A stretch of 61,863 nucleotides of DNA, filler included, from Squatina squatina (lineage: Eukaryota): NCBI GenBank assembly GCA_031763465.1. It is 4 parts of 3 records of this genome, joined end to end, with 100 filler letters (N's around TTAATTAATTAA, not from the genome) between each part and the next. Parts side by side here need not be neighbours in the genome. Positions count along the whole stretch, not along the records: positions 1 to 18,634 come from JARFOE010000016.1; 3 more parts are not named here. One strand, 5' to 3'. The position numbers and the translations under genes were made by a program. Positions 1 through 11,990 of the stretch are shown piece after piece (position 1 is the first letter of the stretch; each line of letters opens with the position of its first letter). A model generated the notes under the pieces. The model was given only the letters and a program-made list of their open reading frames with translations. It made no database searches and had not been told where the DNA came from.

Positions 1-914
1 GGGAATGAGCAACGGGAAATGGCTCCCACACTTGCGTTACTTCTGGTTGCATTCACTGGAAGTCCGCGACAGCGCTGCGCTTATTTTTTTCTCACTCGGC
101 CAGTGTTGACAAGGAAAGATTGTGCTAGCTAGAAGAGCCTTGTTTTGCGATACTCGTATCTAACACCCGTACGAAGCTCTATCCTTGCGGCGCACAGTCC
201 TTTGCAGTAACCCAGCGTTGGTCCGTGATCCAACTCTTGGAACGCTACTCTGATCTGCCTTCCGAAGAACGTGCAACAGCCTTCCGAGGAGCAGGCGAGC
301 CACAGGCTCTGTGCGTGAAATCGCTGGCACAGTGCGAGATTAACCCTGACAAGCTACTGAAGGGAGTAATATTCAAGGGAAGAAGTGAAAGTCAAAACAA
401 ACCCGCACACCTGCCAGCTAAAGAACCTGAGTGTTAGATTATGGAGTCCTTCACTCACATTCAGGTGGTCGTAAATGAGGAAATTTGTCCCAACACTTAC
501 AAATGTACAGCAATCCATGCAGTCTCAGTCTTTGGGAGCAGTAGGGGAATTACCTGGCCTGCTTGCTGCTTTGGTACCGAGTAGGTGCCCATGTTGGCAC
601 CTGCCACTGTACAGCAGGCCTCAGTAAGCGAATGGCATTGCTCCCGTTACAAGATGCACTAGTGTCAGTACAGGCAGTGCTGTTCCACGTGACTATGTAA
701 CAGTTTTATACACTGGGGTATAACAAACAGTTCAAACAACAAACTCACTTTTTTTCTAGCAATTTGCCAGAAGTTGACAGTATTTTTTTTTCTGTGGTGT
801 CATCGCTGCGATGAGTATCAGAGTAAGCAGTCATAGGTATGTGCTTGAGGGGGAGAGGTCAGCACCTGTCCCTCCCGAGTAATAGGTAAAGAAATAGGAA
901 AGGTTTGGAATATG

Positions 915-1553
915 CTACTGATTCTGGAGTTGAATCTCTTCTAGGATATGAATGAGGTTCTCCAGTCCGAAGATGTAGCCTGTGTCAATCCCGTCATGCA
1001 CAGTTTGGTCATCCCGGAACCCCTTGAATGTACTGTGCNNNNNNNNNNNNNNNNNNNNNNNNNNNNNNNNNNNNNNNNNNNNNNNNNNNNNNNNNNNNNN
1101 NNNNNNNNNNNNNNNNNNNNNNNNNNNNNNNNNNNNNNCCCCTTGAATGTACTGTGCGCAAAGTCTATCATCCGCACATCAACTTTCGGCAGGTCCCGAG
1201 TGCTGATCGAGGAGGAAGATGGAGATGGCAAGGTACTGGTGCTTTCCTGCAGGTTGTCCGAGCTCAACGTCTCTGTGGATTTGTGTCGAAGGTCTGCCTT
1301 TGTCTCCTTCCCGTCGTAAATGATCAGTAAAGAGCTGGAGTAGAAGCGGTAAGAATCTTGCTTCTCCAGAACCCCCTTGNNNNNNNNNNTTGAGGCTATG
1401 AAGTTTCTGCAGAATAACATCAAACAAGTCCATACGCAGGTATATGCCATTGTGCAGGAACTGATACAGAGCTTTGCCAAACCCTTCGATGGAAAGACCA
1501 CGACCATAGTACTTGTTCCTGCACACATAATGCCCTGAGTCTATCTGATACAC
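915..1553 (-). CDS. IP6K1: Inositol hexakisphosphate kinase 1, terminal coding exon
   Basis: Acceptor ttttcag|GTG at 1553. Translates VYQIDSGHYVCRNKYYGRGLSIEGF...KGVLEKQDSYRFYSSSLLIIYDG...VDVRMIDFAHSTFKGFRDDQTVHDGIDTGYIFGLENLIHILEEIQLQNQ*, with TAG at 915-917. Contains the SSLL and MIDFAH motifs of inositol phosphate kinases. The two internal N-gaps are overlap artefacts; collapsing them restores one reading frame. Confidence 0.93.
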
Positions 1554-1909
1554 CTGAAAAGACAAAACATGACTGGTCAGTGTGGTTTCTTGGACGAGCA
1601 ATTCACAGCATAACCAAATTGGCTGTTGGTAACCCGACATTCGTTTTCAACCTAACTGCAACCTTTGTATCCAGGTTGAGATACGAGAGTTCCCACCTAC
1701 AAGTACCATTCCAGCACTATACATAAACTTCAGTCTCTCAACCTAGAGTCTGTTAATAACTCCCCATTAAAAATAACTCCTTTACAAAGAATTGTAACTC
1801 ACTCTAATGAATATTTTTTTTTATTTAATGAGAGTTCTGATGATTTCAGTAAAAGTGGAGAGGAAGTACTGAGGCAGACAGTGTGCATGATTAACATCAG
1901 TAGAAATAA

Positions 1910-2430
1910 TTAGTTACACAGGATCCTGTTGGGAGGAACGACAGTCGACAATATGAGGGAGTTGGATTATCAGTACAGATTCAGGCAGTAACAGGGTGCT
2001 GGGGGGAGCGGTTACTGAGTGACCATGTGAGGGAGCTGGAATATCAGTAGAGATACAAGCAGTAACCGGGTGCTGACTGGGAGGTGTTACTGACCGACAG
2101 TGCAAGGGAGCTGGATTATTGGTAGAGATACAGAGGCGACGTGAGGGAAAATATTTTTTACGTTGGGAGATGTCATGATCTGGAATGCATTGCTTGAAAG
2201 GGTGATTGAAGCAAATTCAATACTAACTTTAAAAAGGGAATTGGATAAATACTTCTGGGGAAAAATTTGCAGTGCTATGGGGAAAGAGCAGGGGAGTGGA
2301 ACTAATTGGACAGCTCTTTTGAAGAGCCGGCACAGGCACAATGGGCCAAATGGCCTTCTTCTGTGCTGTATCATTCTATGTAACATGATGCTGGCTGGGA
2401 CAGGTTATTGAGTGATAGCGTGAGGGAGAT
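1910..2430. repeat. Degenerate ~74-bp tandem repeat interrupted by a CR1 3' fragment
   Basis: The motif gagggagctggattatcagtagagatac...gttactga recurs near 1954, 2027 and 2103, and resumes at ~2382-2430 after the LINE fragment. Confidence 0.6.
2140..2381 (+). mobile_element. CR1-type LINE 3' end fragment
   Basis: Encodes WNALLERVIEANSILTLKRELDKY (CR1 ORF2 C-terminus), followed by the tail gggccaaatggcct...tgtgctgtatcattctatg. Confidence 0.8.
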
Positions 2431-3339
2431 CAATTAACATTCAGTAGAGTGCGCTCCTTTGGCTGTCTCATTCCAGCATTCATTACAGAATTGGATGTGA
2501 AGAACTGCAATGTGAATATTAAGAGGTCAATGAAGGAAGTACAGTAGCAAAATCCTTTTGCAAACCTCCCCTTGCTTCTTCTCTCCTGCAGGCTGTGGCT
2601 TGTGCTCGGGTACAGTTCCACAAACCCTAGTAGCTGCCCAATACTTCCCCTAAACAGCCACTAAATTGACCACTGTTGGCAATATGACTGAACCCAATCT
2701 TACCCTCACTCAGTACCCGTTCTCCAGCAGGGGTGAATACATGACAAATAGAAGAGGGATCTCTACTCATGTTTCCTCTCAGAAGATAACTGGCATCCCC
2801 CAGTAGCAGTACCTCCAGTCAATGTGTCAAAAGAACTCCCCATCGTCAGTCTTAAATTTGTCTTTTACTGTGTCACTCTTCTGACTGTCACAGTTCAGCT
2901 TCAGTTACTATACTGGATTTAGCATTTCCTTTATCATATGTAGCTCAAAAAGATCACCTCTCCGTCACCTTCTTTCCTGGGTGAAAAGCCCAGGTTTCTC
3001 CAGTCTTTCCTCATATCTTAGACTCTAACACTAGGGATTAAGCTCTTGGCCCTGCTCCAGCACTCAAATGGCTCGATGACAAGAGCTGGACAGAATGGGC
3101 AAAGTGTGGTCTGGCCAGAACAATTGTACAGGTTGAACATTACTTCCCCTGACATCTGTTCCACTGTTTGTTACATAGTTCTATGTTCTATTTCCTTTGC
3201 TGATTGCTGTTCTACAGTGAATAGACATAATGTGCACCAAGTGTAAAACCGCTAAACCTCTTTCAACTTCTGACCTATCTGACCAGTTTATCTTCTCATG
3301 TGCAGTACTTTATACATAGATTGAATTATCAAAAAATAA

Positions 3340-3559
3340 CAGCTTGCATTTATATAGCACCTTTTACATTTGAACTCGCTTCACAGGACTGTAACCAGGC
3401 AAAAATTGATCCTCAGACAGCTAACGAAAAGCTTGTAAAAAGAGGCAGTTCTTAAGGAACGTCTTCAAGGAGGAGAGAGAGGTGGAGAGGTTGAGAGGTT
3501 TAGGGAGGAATTCCAGAGCTCAGGGCCTAGGCGGCTGATAGCACAGCCAGTAAGTGTGG
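3340..3559 (-). mobile_element. L2-like LINE 3' fragment
   Basis: gcttgcatttatatagcacc (reverse complement of an L2-type tail) and gagaggtttagggaggaattccagagc, typical of elasmobranch L2 ends. Confidence 0.55.
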
Positions 3560-3965
3560 NNNNNNNNNNNNNNNNNNNNNNNNNNNNNNNNNNNNNNNNN
3601 NNNNNNNNNNNNNNNNNNNNNNNNNNNNNNNNNNNNNNNNNNNNNNNNNNNNNNNNNNNAACCAAAAAAATTATTTACTAAAGCAGATATTTAATGGAAA
3701 TGGGGTAATAAATTGTTTGTCACAAGAACAAGTATAGTAGCACACAAGCAACAAAATATCGCATGAATAAGTTTCACATGCCTGCTGTACAAATGCAATA
3801 GATCAACTTTTATGTGTGTGTGTGTATGTTTGACACAAATTCCTGGCCTTTGCACATAATAGAAGGGCGTATCTTGTGTCAATACTTGGCAGACTGGCAC
3901 ACAGATGCACTATTGAAGACAAGATTGTTGGCAATGGATCAGTGTTGCCTAGCAGTATGTACGTA

Positions 3966-4078
3966 GGACGTGAATTTCTGCGAAGTCTCTCGCTCATCCG
4001 CTGTAACCCAGGGTTTCCGCAGCTCTTGCGCCCAAATTATGGTGGGTGAGCGGGAGAACCCTGCAGAAAATCATCCCC
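3966..4078. mobile_element. Short palindromic MITE-like element
   Basis: Imperfect inverted arms of about 30 bp: gtgaatttctgcgaagtctctcgctcatccgc and gtgggtgagcgggagaaccctgcagaaaatcat. Confidence 0.55.
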
Positions 4079-5069
4079 TTAGTACTTAAAATATTGTGCT
4101 GTTGTCCAGATTAATTTAGGACAGTTATAAAAAGGAAAAATAGAACCGGTCTTGATATTAATACACCATGCAAAAAACGGAAGTTATCACATGGGTCCCA
4201 GTGTGACACAGGTGCCTAAGCATCTAATACGATGGGTGTTGTGCGCATGCACGTTCCCACTGGAGGTGTACCACCTGCCATATTGGTAAAGGCTGAAGTA
4301 GAGGTGTCCAGGGCCCGCACCTGGCTCAAGTGTTAATTCCTTTGCATATGAAAATAGTGGGGGGGGGCTAGGGCTAATACCTATATCAGGATCTCTTCCG
4401 GAAATGGGCTGCCCTGAGTGCATCTGACACCGGTCCAGCTGTGTTCAGGAGAACAAGTAAGGTCTAACCTTAAAGGGACTGCTGGAGGCTGCCAACAGAA
4501 AGGTAGGTTTAAAACAAATACTTACCTGAATGTGGAGCTGGGAGGAGCAGCACTGCGGGGCTGCAGACCGTTGCTGACCCCCACTTGGCAAAAACTGTAT
4601 GTTTTTCTTTTCATTTCCTTTGAACACTTTCAGTTATTAGTTATAGAAATATCGGAGATGGGGAAAAAGTGCTGTTTGACTGAGCAGGGCGGTTTGAAAC
4701 AGGATGAAATCTCCAGCAATACATTCAAGCAGTTGTTTGCAGTGCTATGCTTGAATGGGCTGATGATGTGAGAGACTAACATGGTAAGTAGCTTGATGTA
4801 TGCACACTGCAGTGTTGTCAACAGTATTTCACTACTTATTGATTTTGCACTATTTCCATGTACAGGGTGGCGGGGAGGATTTAACTTTCCTTCTCCCTTC
4901 TATCCCAATGAATTTCAAACAGGAAAGTAATGCACAATCAACAGAGAGTTTAGAAGATTGCAATTGGTGGCAACTCCGACGCTGTCTTGTTCATTGTTAC
5001 CGGTTCATAGCTACGCATCAGTCCGAAAGGTGTAAATGTGACATGAATAAGCGGAAGAATGAACTCGTT

Positions 5070-5194
5070 GGGGGCGAAATTGTCCCTCGCCTCCATTTGA
5101 GGTGGTAACTCTCCGGGGCATGGACTTTTAGCGCACAGCCCTTACCGCCCTGGAAATGAAGCAGAGTGTGGCCTCCGGCACTCCACTTCATTTC
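5070..5194. mobile_element. Half of a palindromic MITE-like element abutting the IP6K1 exon
   Basis: Starts gggggcgaaattg, the same terminus style as other elements in the window. Central hairpin GAAATGAAG (5153-5161) ... CTTCATTTC (5186-5194). Confidence 0.5.
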
Positions 5195-5386
5195 TGGCGG
5201 CAGTGTCTTGTAGAACCTCTGCTCCCGAGTGATGAGGGGTTTACAAACTGTGTGATCGTCATAGCGCATCATACTGGTGTGTCCGCCAACCTGGTGAATG
5301 AAGGGCTCCAAGAGCACTCCTTTGCTTCTCTCTGGAACTGTGTTGTTACCATATTTCCCCACTTCCATGGTGTCCCAAAGGCACAT
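5186..5386 (-). CDS. IP6K1: IP6K1 first coding exon, 3'-truncated
   Basis: ATG at 5386 gives [67 protein letters not shown], matching the IP6K1 N-terminus (MCVCQTMEVGQYG...[26 protein letters not shown]). Homology stops abruptly after PPEMK. Confidence 0.9.
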
Positions 5387-7110
5387 TGCGGTATTGGGCC
5401 GCAGCTCAGAGGAGCCATGGAGCCCAGCGCATAGGCCTGGCTTTGCTGGCTGTGTGCGTACGNNNNNNNNNNNNNNNNNNNNNNNNNNNNNNNNNNNNNN
5501 NNNNNNNNNNNNNNNNNNNNNNNNNNNNNNNNNNNNNNNNNNNNNNNNNNNNNNNNNNNNNNGAGACCCAGCCAGATATTCACAGCAAGTGGAGTGGGAC
5601 TCTGGAACTCTCGCCCACAAGAATCTGTGGTTGCTGGGTGTCAATTACAAATTTTTAAACTGAGATCAATAGATTTTTATTGTGTAATATAAGGGTTTTA
5701 GAGCAAAGGCAAGTAAATGGAATTAAGATACGGATCAGTCATGAGCCCAAGGGGCTGAATGGCCTTACTCGTGGTTCGGAGTGTCTTCGTCCAAGTGTGC
5801 ACAGCAGCAAGTAGTGAGTGCAGAATGAAAAAATGGAAGATAGCAAATATGCAAAGGAGGAGATGCTGGCCACAACGTGTGATGCGGTAGATGTTAGTGA
5901 GTCAGAGTGCTGCAGTTATTCAGCAGAGGATGAGATAGCAAAATATTTTGTTATTAATTCTGCTGCAGTTTAATAGAGAGTGTTGAGAGATATCCTGGAG
6001 ATGCATTGCGATGATACATGGCTGTTTGATTTTCCTTAGTTTAACAGGCTCTGGCTACAGCTGTTGGCGATATTATACCTGTGTTTCCTGTTTCACCATG
6101 TTCCTGTTCTGTGAGTGCCTCTGAGCCTGTGTTACTGATATAGCATCTTATAAAAATCCAATAAACATTTTTTTTACAAAGGTTGCAGAGTTGTCTCTGT
6201 TTTCTAAACACACAAACAACATTACTTTGATAAATCTCTCCTGAAGATGCATGAATTGATTTTTTGTGGTGAAGGCACATTGCGTTTAGTGATGGATTAT
6301 CCAGCTCAGCCAAGGCTCACTGTACCACTGTCAAAATGAACTGATCTTACAGAATATCTTCTCAAATGAATTTACCACCTCATTTAAGAAAATCCGTACC
6401 CAGGGGATGGAGCTGAACTCTTCTCGCTGCATTCCTGCCTCAAATGCTGATACTTTTTATTACAGATCGTGCTTTGGAAGCTTATGGCCAATGCCTAAAA
6501 TGAGCCCGCTTCTGCCCAGTGTTCTCAGGGCTGCTAATTGCCAGTAAGGCTCTCTTTTCCAACAAAGGACACAAGGCAGGCGAGCTGTCCCAAGGGTTGT
6601 GAGATTGCAATATGCCCTTTGAAAGAAGGCCCTGGGAATTGGAAGAGCAGGTGCTACAAGTCTGTGGGGAGATTTTCCCTGGAGACTTTAGGCATTAAAG
6701 AGCCTCCGAGCTGATCAAGGTGGGGGAGCGGCCAATCCCAGGTGAAGCTTCCAGCACAAAATCAGCGCAAAACTGGCATAAAGGCACTTTAGGCACAAAN
6801 NNNNNNNNNNNNNNNNNNNNNNNNNNNNNNNNNNNNNNNNNNNNNNNNNNNNNNNNNNNNNNNNNNNNNNNNNNNNNNNNNNNNNNNNNNNNNNNNNNNA
6901 GGATGAAGAATTGCAGAGGGTAAATGTGGGTGGTTTGGAATGAAAGCAAGAAATCAAGGACAAGCAAAAAGGATATGCATGAGACAGCATTAGGAAAGCA
7001 AGAATGAGGAGATTCCTAGTAGGCAAACACAAGGGGAAGACCAGGCGGAATAGTGGAGGGGTTAATCTGAAGAGTCATCACTTCTGTGCCTAACTCTGGT
7101 GACCCAGTAC

Positions 7111-7273
7111 CTGGGTTTGAGCGATCTCCTTCCTGATCAGGAAGTTGATGTTATCTCGGTCTATCCTGGAGTAGTAGATTCGGCAGAACGAGAGCTTCCC
7201 ATCTCTTCCTGCTCGACCAGATTCTTGGTAATAAGCGGCCATCGACTTTGCAATATGCCAATGGGCAACAAAC
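7111..7273 (-). CDS. RECQL5: RecQ-like helicase 5 internal exon (helicase motif VI and start of RQC)
   Basis: ctcttcag| ... CAG|gtactg, 163 bp. Translates (R)[54 protein letters not shown]. This frame is not in the ORF track. Confidence 0.92.
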
Positions 7274-7329
7274 CTGAAGAGATTCAGAGACAGCTGGTAA
7301 CCAGAAACACCCAGTGCTCAGACAGTGGG

Positions 7330-7490
7330 TAATCAGCAAAATCAGCAAGGAAGTTATGCTAAACCTTTATAAACCACTGGTTAGGCCCCAGCTGGAGTAC
7401 TGTGTCCAATTCTGGGCACCGCACTTTTGGAAGGATGTCAAGGACTGGGAGAGGGTGCAGAGGAGATTTACTGGAATGGTTCCAGGGATG
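7330..7490 (+). mobile_element. CR1 LINE ORF2 fragment
   Basis: Translates LYKPLVRPQLEYCVQFWAPHFWKDVKDWERVQRRFTGMVPGM. Confidence 0.85.
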
Positions 7491-7590
7491 NNNNNNNNNN
7501 NNNNNNNNNNNNNNNNNNNNNNNNNNNNNNNNNNNNNNNNNNNNNNNNNNNNNNNNNNNNNNNNNNNNNNNNNNNNNNNNNNNNNNNNNN

Positions 7591-7648
7591 GTCAGGCAGC
7601 ATCTGTGGAGAGAGAAACAGTTTACGTTTCAGGTCGATGACCCTTCAC
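7591..7648 (+). repeat. Abundant elasmobranch interspersed repeat, possibly a Penelope-like terminus; also at ~21520-21590, ~39405-39500 and ~50330-50396
   Basis: The shared motif cagcaggtcaggcagcatctgtggagagagaaacag occurs several times on both strands. Confidence 0.55.
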
Positions 7649-9189
7649 GAGAACTCCAAATATTTCCTTTGGCTTGGTGAACTACAGTGAGCGACGACAT
7701 CTTGTTGCCTTTCTTACCAGTTGACTTTAATTGTAGAAAAATTCTCCATACTAATGTTCCCATTTGGGTTATTGTAACCAGAGTAAAGTTTTGCTGAACA
7801 GTGTTGCAGTCAAGTTGTTTCTTAACTGCGGTCTCCTTGCTCTCACCAAAGAAATCTGGCAAAACGTTCAGAAGGCACATGATTCCTGTCTTCCTTGGTG
7901 AAGCCAAATGCAGTGCTGCTGGCTGGTTTCTGTAGAAGTGCTGCACTTCTAAATCCAAATGATTAGTGATTGATTGTGAATATACTTAAATATTATCCCT
8001 TTTGTCATGGGATTAATTTCTCTTTTTTTGCTTCAACTGTTTATGCTTTGTGAAGCTGGTGCCCTTTGAACATAATAGCTTTATTTTCAGTATTTGTACT
8101 GCATTTCATGGAATTAAATCCATATTGGATTCAATACAGAGCAAAATAGTTAGGTATATGAGCTTAATTGCAGCAATCCTCAAATTGGGCATGGTCAGGA
8201 TTTCTGAAATAATTCTAAACCTATTTGATGTGAGCAATAGGCAACAGAAGGAAAGTAAAAGAATGTTGCCATTTAAAATGAGTTAACTCTCAACTGTTCT
8301 GTATTCAGACTTCTGTTCACTGGGATTTTGCTGTTTTTGAGAATTCAGTTTTGCAGACCTAGCATTCTGTTTAGGATTCCAGAACTGAGCTTTTCAGTAG
8401 TCTGCTGGGTAAAGGCATTGTCCACTGTAGCAATAAGTCATAAAGAACAGAAGGCCCTGGGTTTGATTACCTGCTCTGTGCTGTTAGTTCCTCACTCTAC
8501 AATCAGTGGCAAAGTCTTCAGCCATAAAGGCCTTCTCACCTGAGATGGTCAACCTTTCTGCAGCTCTTCCCAGCTTCTAAAGCTGTCTTAAAACTTACAC
8601 CTTCAGCCACTTTGCCTAGCCACTCTTCTGGACTTATCCTCAATTGTGAAGTCCTTTGGGATTTTCTTTTGGCTTTGTTCGAGATACCATGTAAATATCA
8701 AGTTATAATGGTTAGTACATGTCAAACAAAGTAATTTACAGGTTGAGATGGATATGATGTTAGAAGACTAATCTAGGTGATTATTGAAGTGGGGAGAATT
8801 TGTCATGATTTCAATTGTTCAATGATTCCTACATTGCACTCCTGCTTATTTCACAGGTAACAAAAGGATCTATCTCATCCTAACTTCTGAAACCAATTAT
8901 AATTTGTTCTTGATCTGCAGGTCAAATCAAACGATAGTGGTGATTCATCTAATGGAGCGAAGAATGGTATGTCATCTGCCAGGCAAAATTTTCCAATTGT
9001 CTGAATTGATTGTTGTGAATGTAAATATTTCAATGTTGTGATTTGCTTATATTGTCATAGCTGCTGAGTTGTTGAAAAGGCTATTATGACAGAGTCTCTT
9101 AGCACTCTCCCTTCACCAAAAAACTGCATGTATTGGTGTATTTTTGGGCCTTTCTTTACATTATATGAAACTGTAACACTAAAATCTAA

Positions 9190-9722
9190 TGACCAGGAAG
9201 TTATGTTAAACCTTCATAAATCACTGGTTAGGCTGCAGCTGGTGGGGCTTAGTGTCCAATTCTGGGCACCGCATTTTGGAAGGCTGTAAAGGGCTTGGAG
9301 GGTGCAGAGATTAATTTCCAGAATGGTATCGGGGTGAAGGACTTCAGTCACTTGGAGAGATTGCAGAATCTGAAGTTGTTCTCCGAACAGAGAAGGTTAA
9401 GGAGAGATTTAAAAGAGGTTTTCAAAATCATGAGAGAATTTGATAGAGTAATTAACTATTCCACTGGCAGGAGGGTTAGTCGGTAACCAGAGGACGCAGA
9501 TTTAATATCATTGGCAAAAGAACCAGCAGGAGGCGAGGGAATTTTTTTTTTTTAACACAGTGAGTAATGATGACCTGGAATGCACTGCCAGAGAGGGTGG
9601 TGGAAGCATTACTTTCAAAAGGGAATTCGATGAATACTTGATGGGGAGAAAATTTGCAGAATTATGGGGAAAGAACAGGAGAGTTGGCCGAATGGCCTCC
9701 TTCTGTGCTGTATGATTCTATG
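9190..9722 (+). mobile_element. CR1 LINE 3' portion, decayed
   Basis: Translates EVMLNLHKSLVR...VQFWAPHF and LFSEQRRLRRDLKEVFKIMREFDRV, followed by a CR1 tail. Confidence 0.85.
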
Positions 9723-11222
9723 AACAGGGAGGGTGGTGCTGTCGAAGGGAGACTTGTGTTGTCTTAGGGATGTTCGTCCAGCCAATTTGTTGTGTGTTGT
9801 GAGGTGCAGGGGACTGCAAGGAGGGCCGTGAGGAAACTGTCAATTGTGCAAAATAAAAGTGCTCCTGTCACTAACTGGGAGTTAACTAAATGAAAAGCAG
9901 TAAATGTTTGTCTAACCTGGTTTCCACATGGATCGATGTGATATTGGCAGGTGATTATTACTGGTACAGTGTATAATGCTCAGGAAACATTGCCCATTTT
10001 GTGTGCGAAAAAAGTAATTGCGGTCCTGTGGAAGGGAACACGTTAGTGTTGTCAAAGATAAATAAAACTGAGGCTTATTATGGGCTGTGTGAGACGAATT
10101 GGAAGGAGGCAGTTTGCTGGTTGCCAGTCAGCAGTGCTGTCTTTTAGGACAACCTCTGACAGACTTAAGAACACTAACCCTCTCCAAACCTTCACATTGC
10201 ACGTACAAAAGCACCAACCAGTCACTCACTCTCTTCTATATTTTAACATTGTTCATAACATTCCAACTTCCAGGATTTATTACCTTATCTCTCCTGAACT
10301 CGTGTGTGACCTCGCCTGAGCTGGTGGATAATCTCTCAGTCTTTGTTTATTCACTACGATATCTTTAGGCTCATGAGTTTTTCCTTTACCCTACATGAGC
10401 TTATAAGCATTCAGTATGTTGTCGCTCACAGCACGAGGGAATTGGTTGTCAGTGTCTAATTAATAACCTCATCTCCTAGTGATCAATNNNNNNNNNNNNN
10501 NNNNNNNNNNNNNNNNNNNNNNNNNNNNNNNNNNNNNNNNNNNNNNNNNNNNNNNNNNNNNNNNNNNNNNNNNNNNNNNNNNNNNNNAACAGGCTGTTTC
10601 CTCAGCATCTTTCAATGAGCCTAGCCGGCTGATTTTTGATTGGTTTATTTGTGAAGATTCTGTATTTTCCATACACAGATTCACACACCTGGTTAGGTCA
10701 GTATAAACAAAAGACTTTGCAAGCTCGCTACGGGATCAAGTTCTGGGGTTCTGTGCAACCAGATGAAGCACTCGTATTGATTTTACCCTCAATAACATTG
10801 CAGTTAAACAGTGCTAAATAGAATAGATTTCAATTTGCTCTTGCCACGGCTCTCCAGCTTAAAGCCTTCTATCAATAAACAGATGAATATTCTCTGGATC
10901 GTGTTCGGCATTCCCGGTACAGACCCCTTCAGATGCAATCCTGGCCCTGACTGGGTCCCAGAACGATGCAACATTGTCGACAATAAAGTGTGCCTGGGAA
11001 CCAAACAGTCAGATTCCACACATCAAGCATTGAATCTTCTCCCATTTAATCTTCGACCTCACTTTGAAAGGAAAGGCAGTCGGGCTATGTGTTGATGTGA
11101 TGAGAATGAGGCTGGAGCTCGGNNNNNNNNNNNNNNNNNNNNNNNNNNNNNNNNNNNNNNNNNNNNNNNNNNNNNNNNNNNNNNNNNNNNNNNNNNNNNN
11201 NNNNNNNNNNNNNNNNNNNNNN

Positions 11223-11890
11223 GGAGGACGTCGCGCGGCTCTGCTCTCTCCCCAAGGGAGGGTTAGGTTAAGATCCACCCTGCTCTTGGCATGAAGATCA
11301 CCATAGCTAGCTTCAACGTCAACGGCAGCAGAAACGCGCTCCGCAGATTTGAGAAATTCTCGGTCCTTCGGGAAGGGAAGTATGCAATGTGCTTTCTGCA
11401 GGAAACCCACACCGTTCCGGGAGACAAGGCCACATGGCTCCTGGAATGGCAAGGAGGGGTCCACTTGAGTCACCACACCAGCATTTTGAGTGAGGTGACT
11501 ATCTTGCTGGCCCCGCATTTTCAGCCGGCGATCTTGGGGGTCAAGGAGCCTGTGCCAGGCCGCTTGCTCCATGTCGCTGTTTGCTTTGAGGATGTTCCAC
11601 TTCATCTAGTGAATGTGTACGCCCCCCTGGCTGCTGCTCAGCAAGTGTGCTTCTTTCAAGAAGCGTCCGCTCTTTTAAGCTCCATCAATGACGGCGAATG
11701 CATTGTCCTTGGGGGGGATTTTAACTGTAACCTCGAGGTCAGGGACCGCACCGGTACCCAGCACGCCCCGGCGGGGATGGAGAAGTTGAGGGACTTGTTT
11801 GGGTCCTTCGACTTGACGGACGTCTGGCGGAGGAGGGTCCAGAATCGACTGCCTTTAGGTTTCAAGGGCGTACGCCTCCTGCGTTCTGGC
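11223..11890 (+). mobile_element. Tx1/L1-clade non-LTR retrotransposon: ORF2 AP-endonuclease N-terminus (copy 1)
   Basis: ATG at 11291 gives MKITIASFNVNG...CFLQETH...LVNVYAP...LGGDFNC...DVWR, canonical APE motifs. GC/CpG-rich. Confidence 0.9.
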
Positions 11891-11990
11891 NNNNNNNNNN
11901 NNNNNNNNNNNNNNNNNNNNNNNNNNNNNNNNNNNNNNNNNNNNNNNNNNNNNNNNNNNNNNNNNNNNNNNNNNNNNNNNNNNNNNNNNN

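Noticed and set aside
941-1640. IP6K1 terminal exon as a frameshifted pseudogene
   Set aside because: The frameshifts coincide with overlap gaps, and the collapsed sequence is intact.
11009-11605. 198-aa minus-strand ORF
   Set aside because: Antisense shadow of the Tx1 endonuclease ORF, and it spans a gap.
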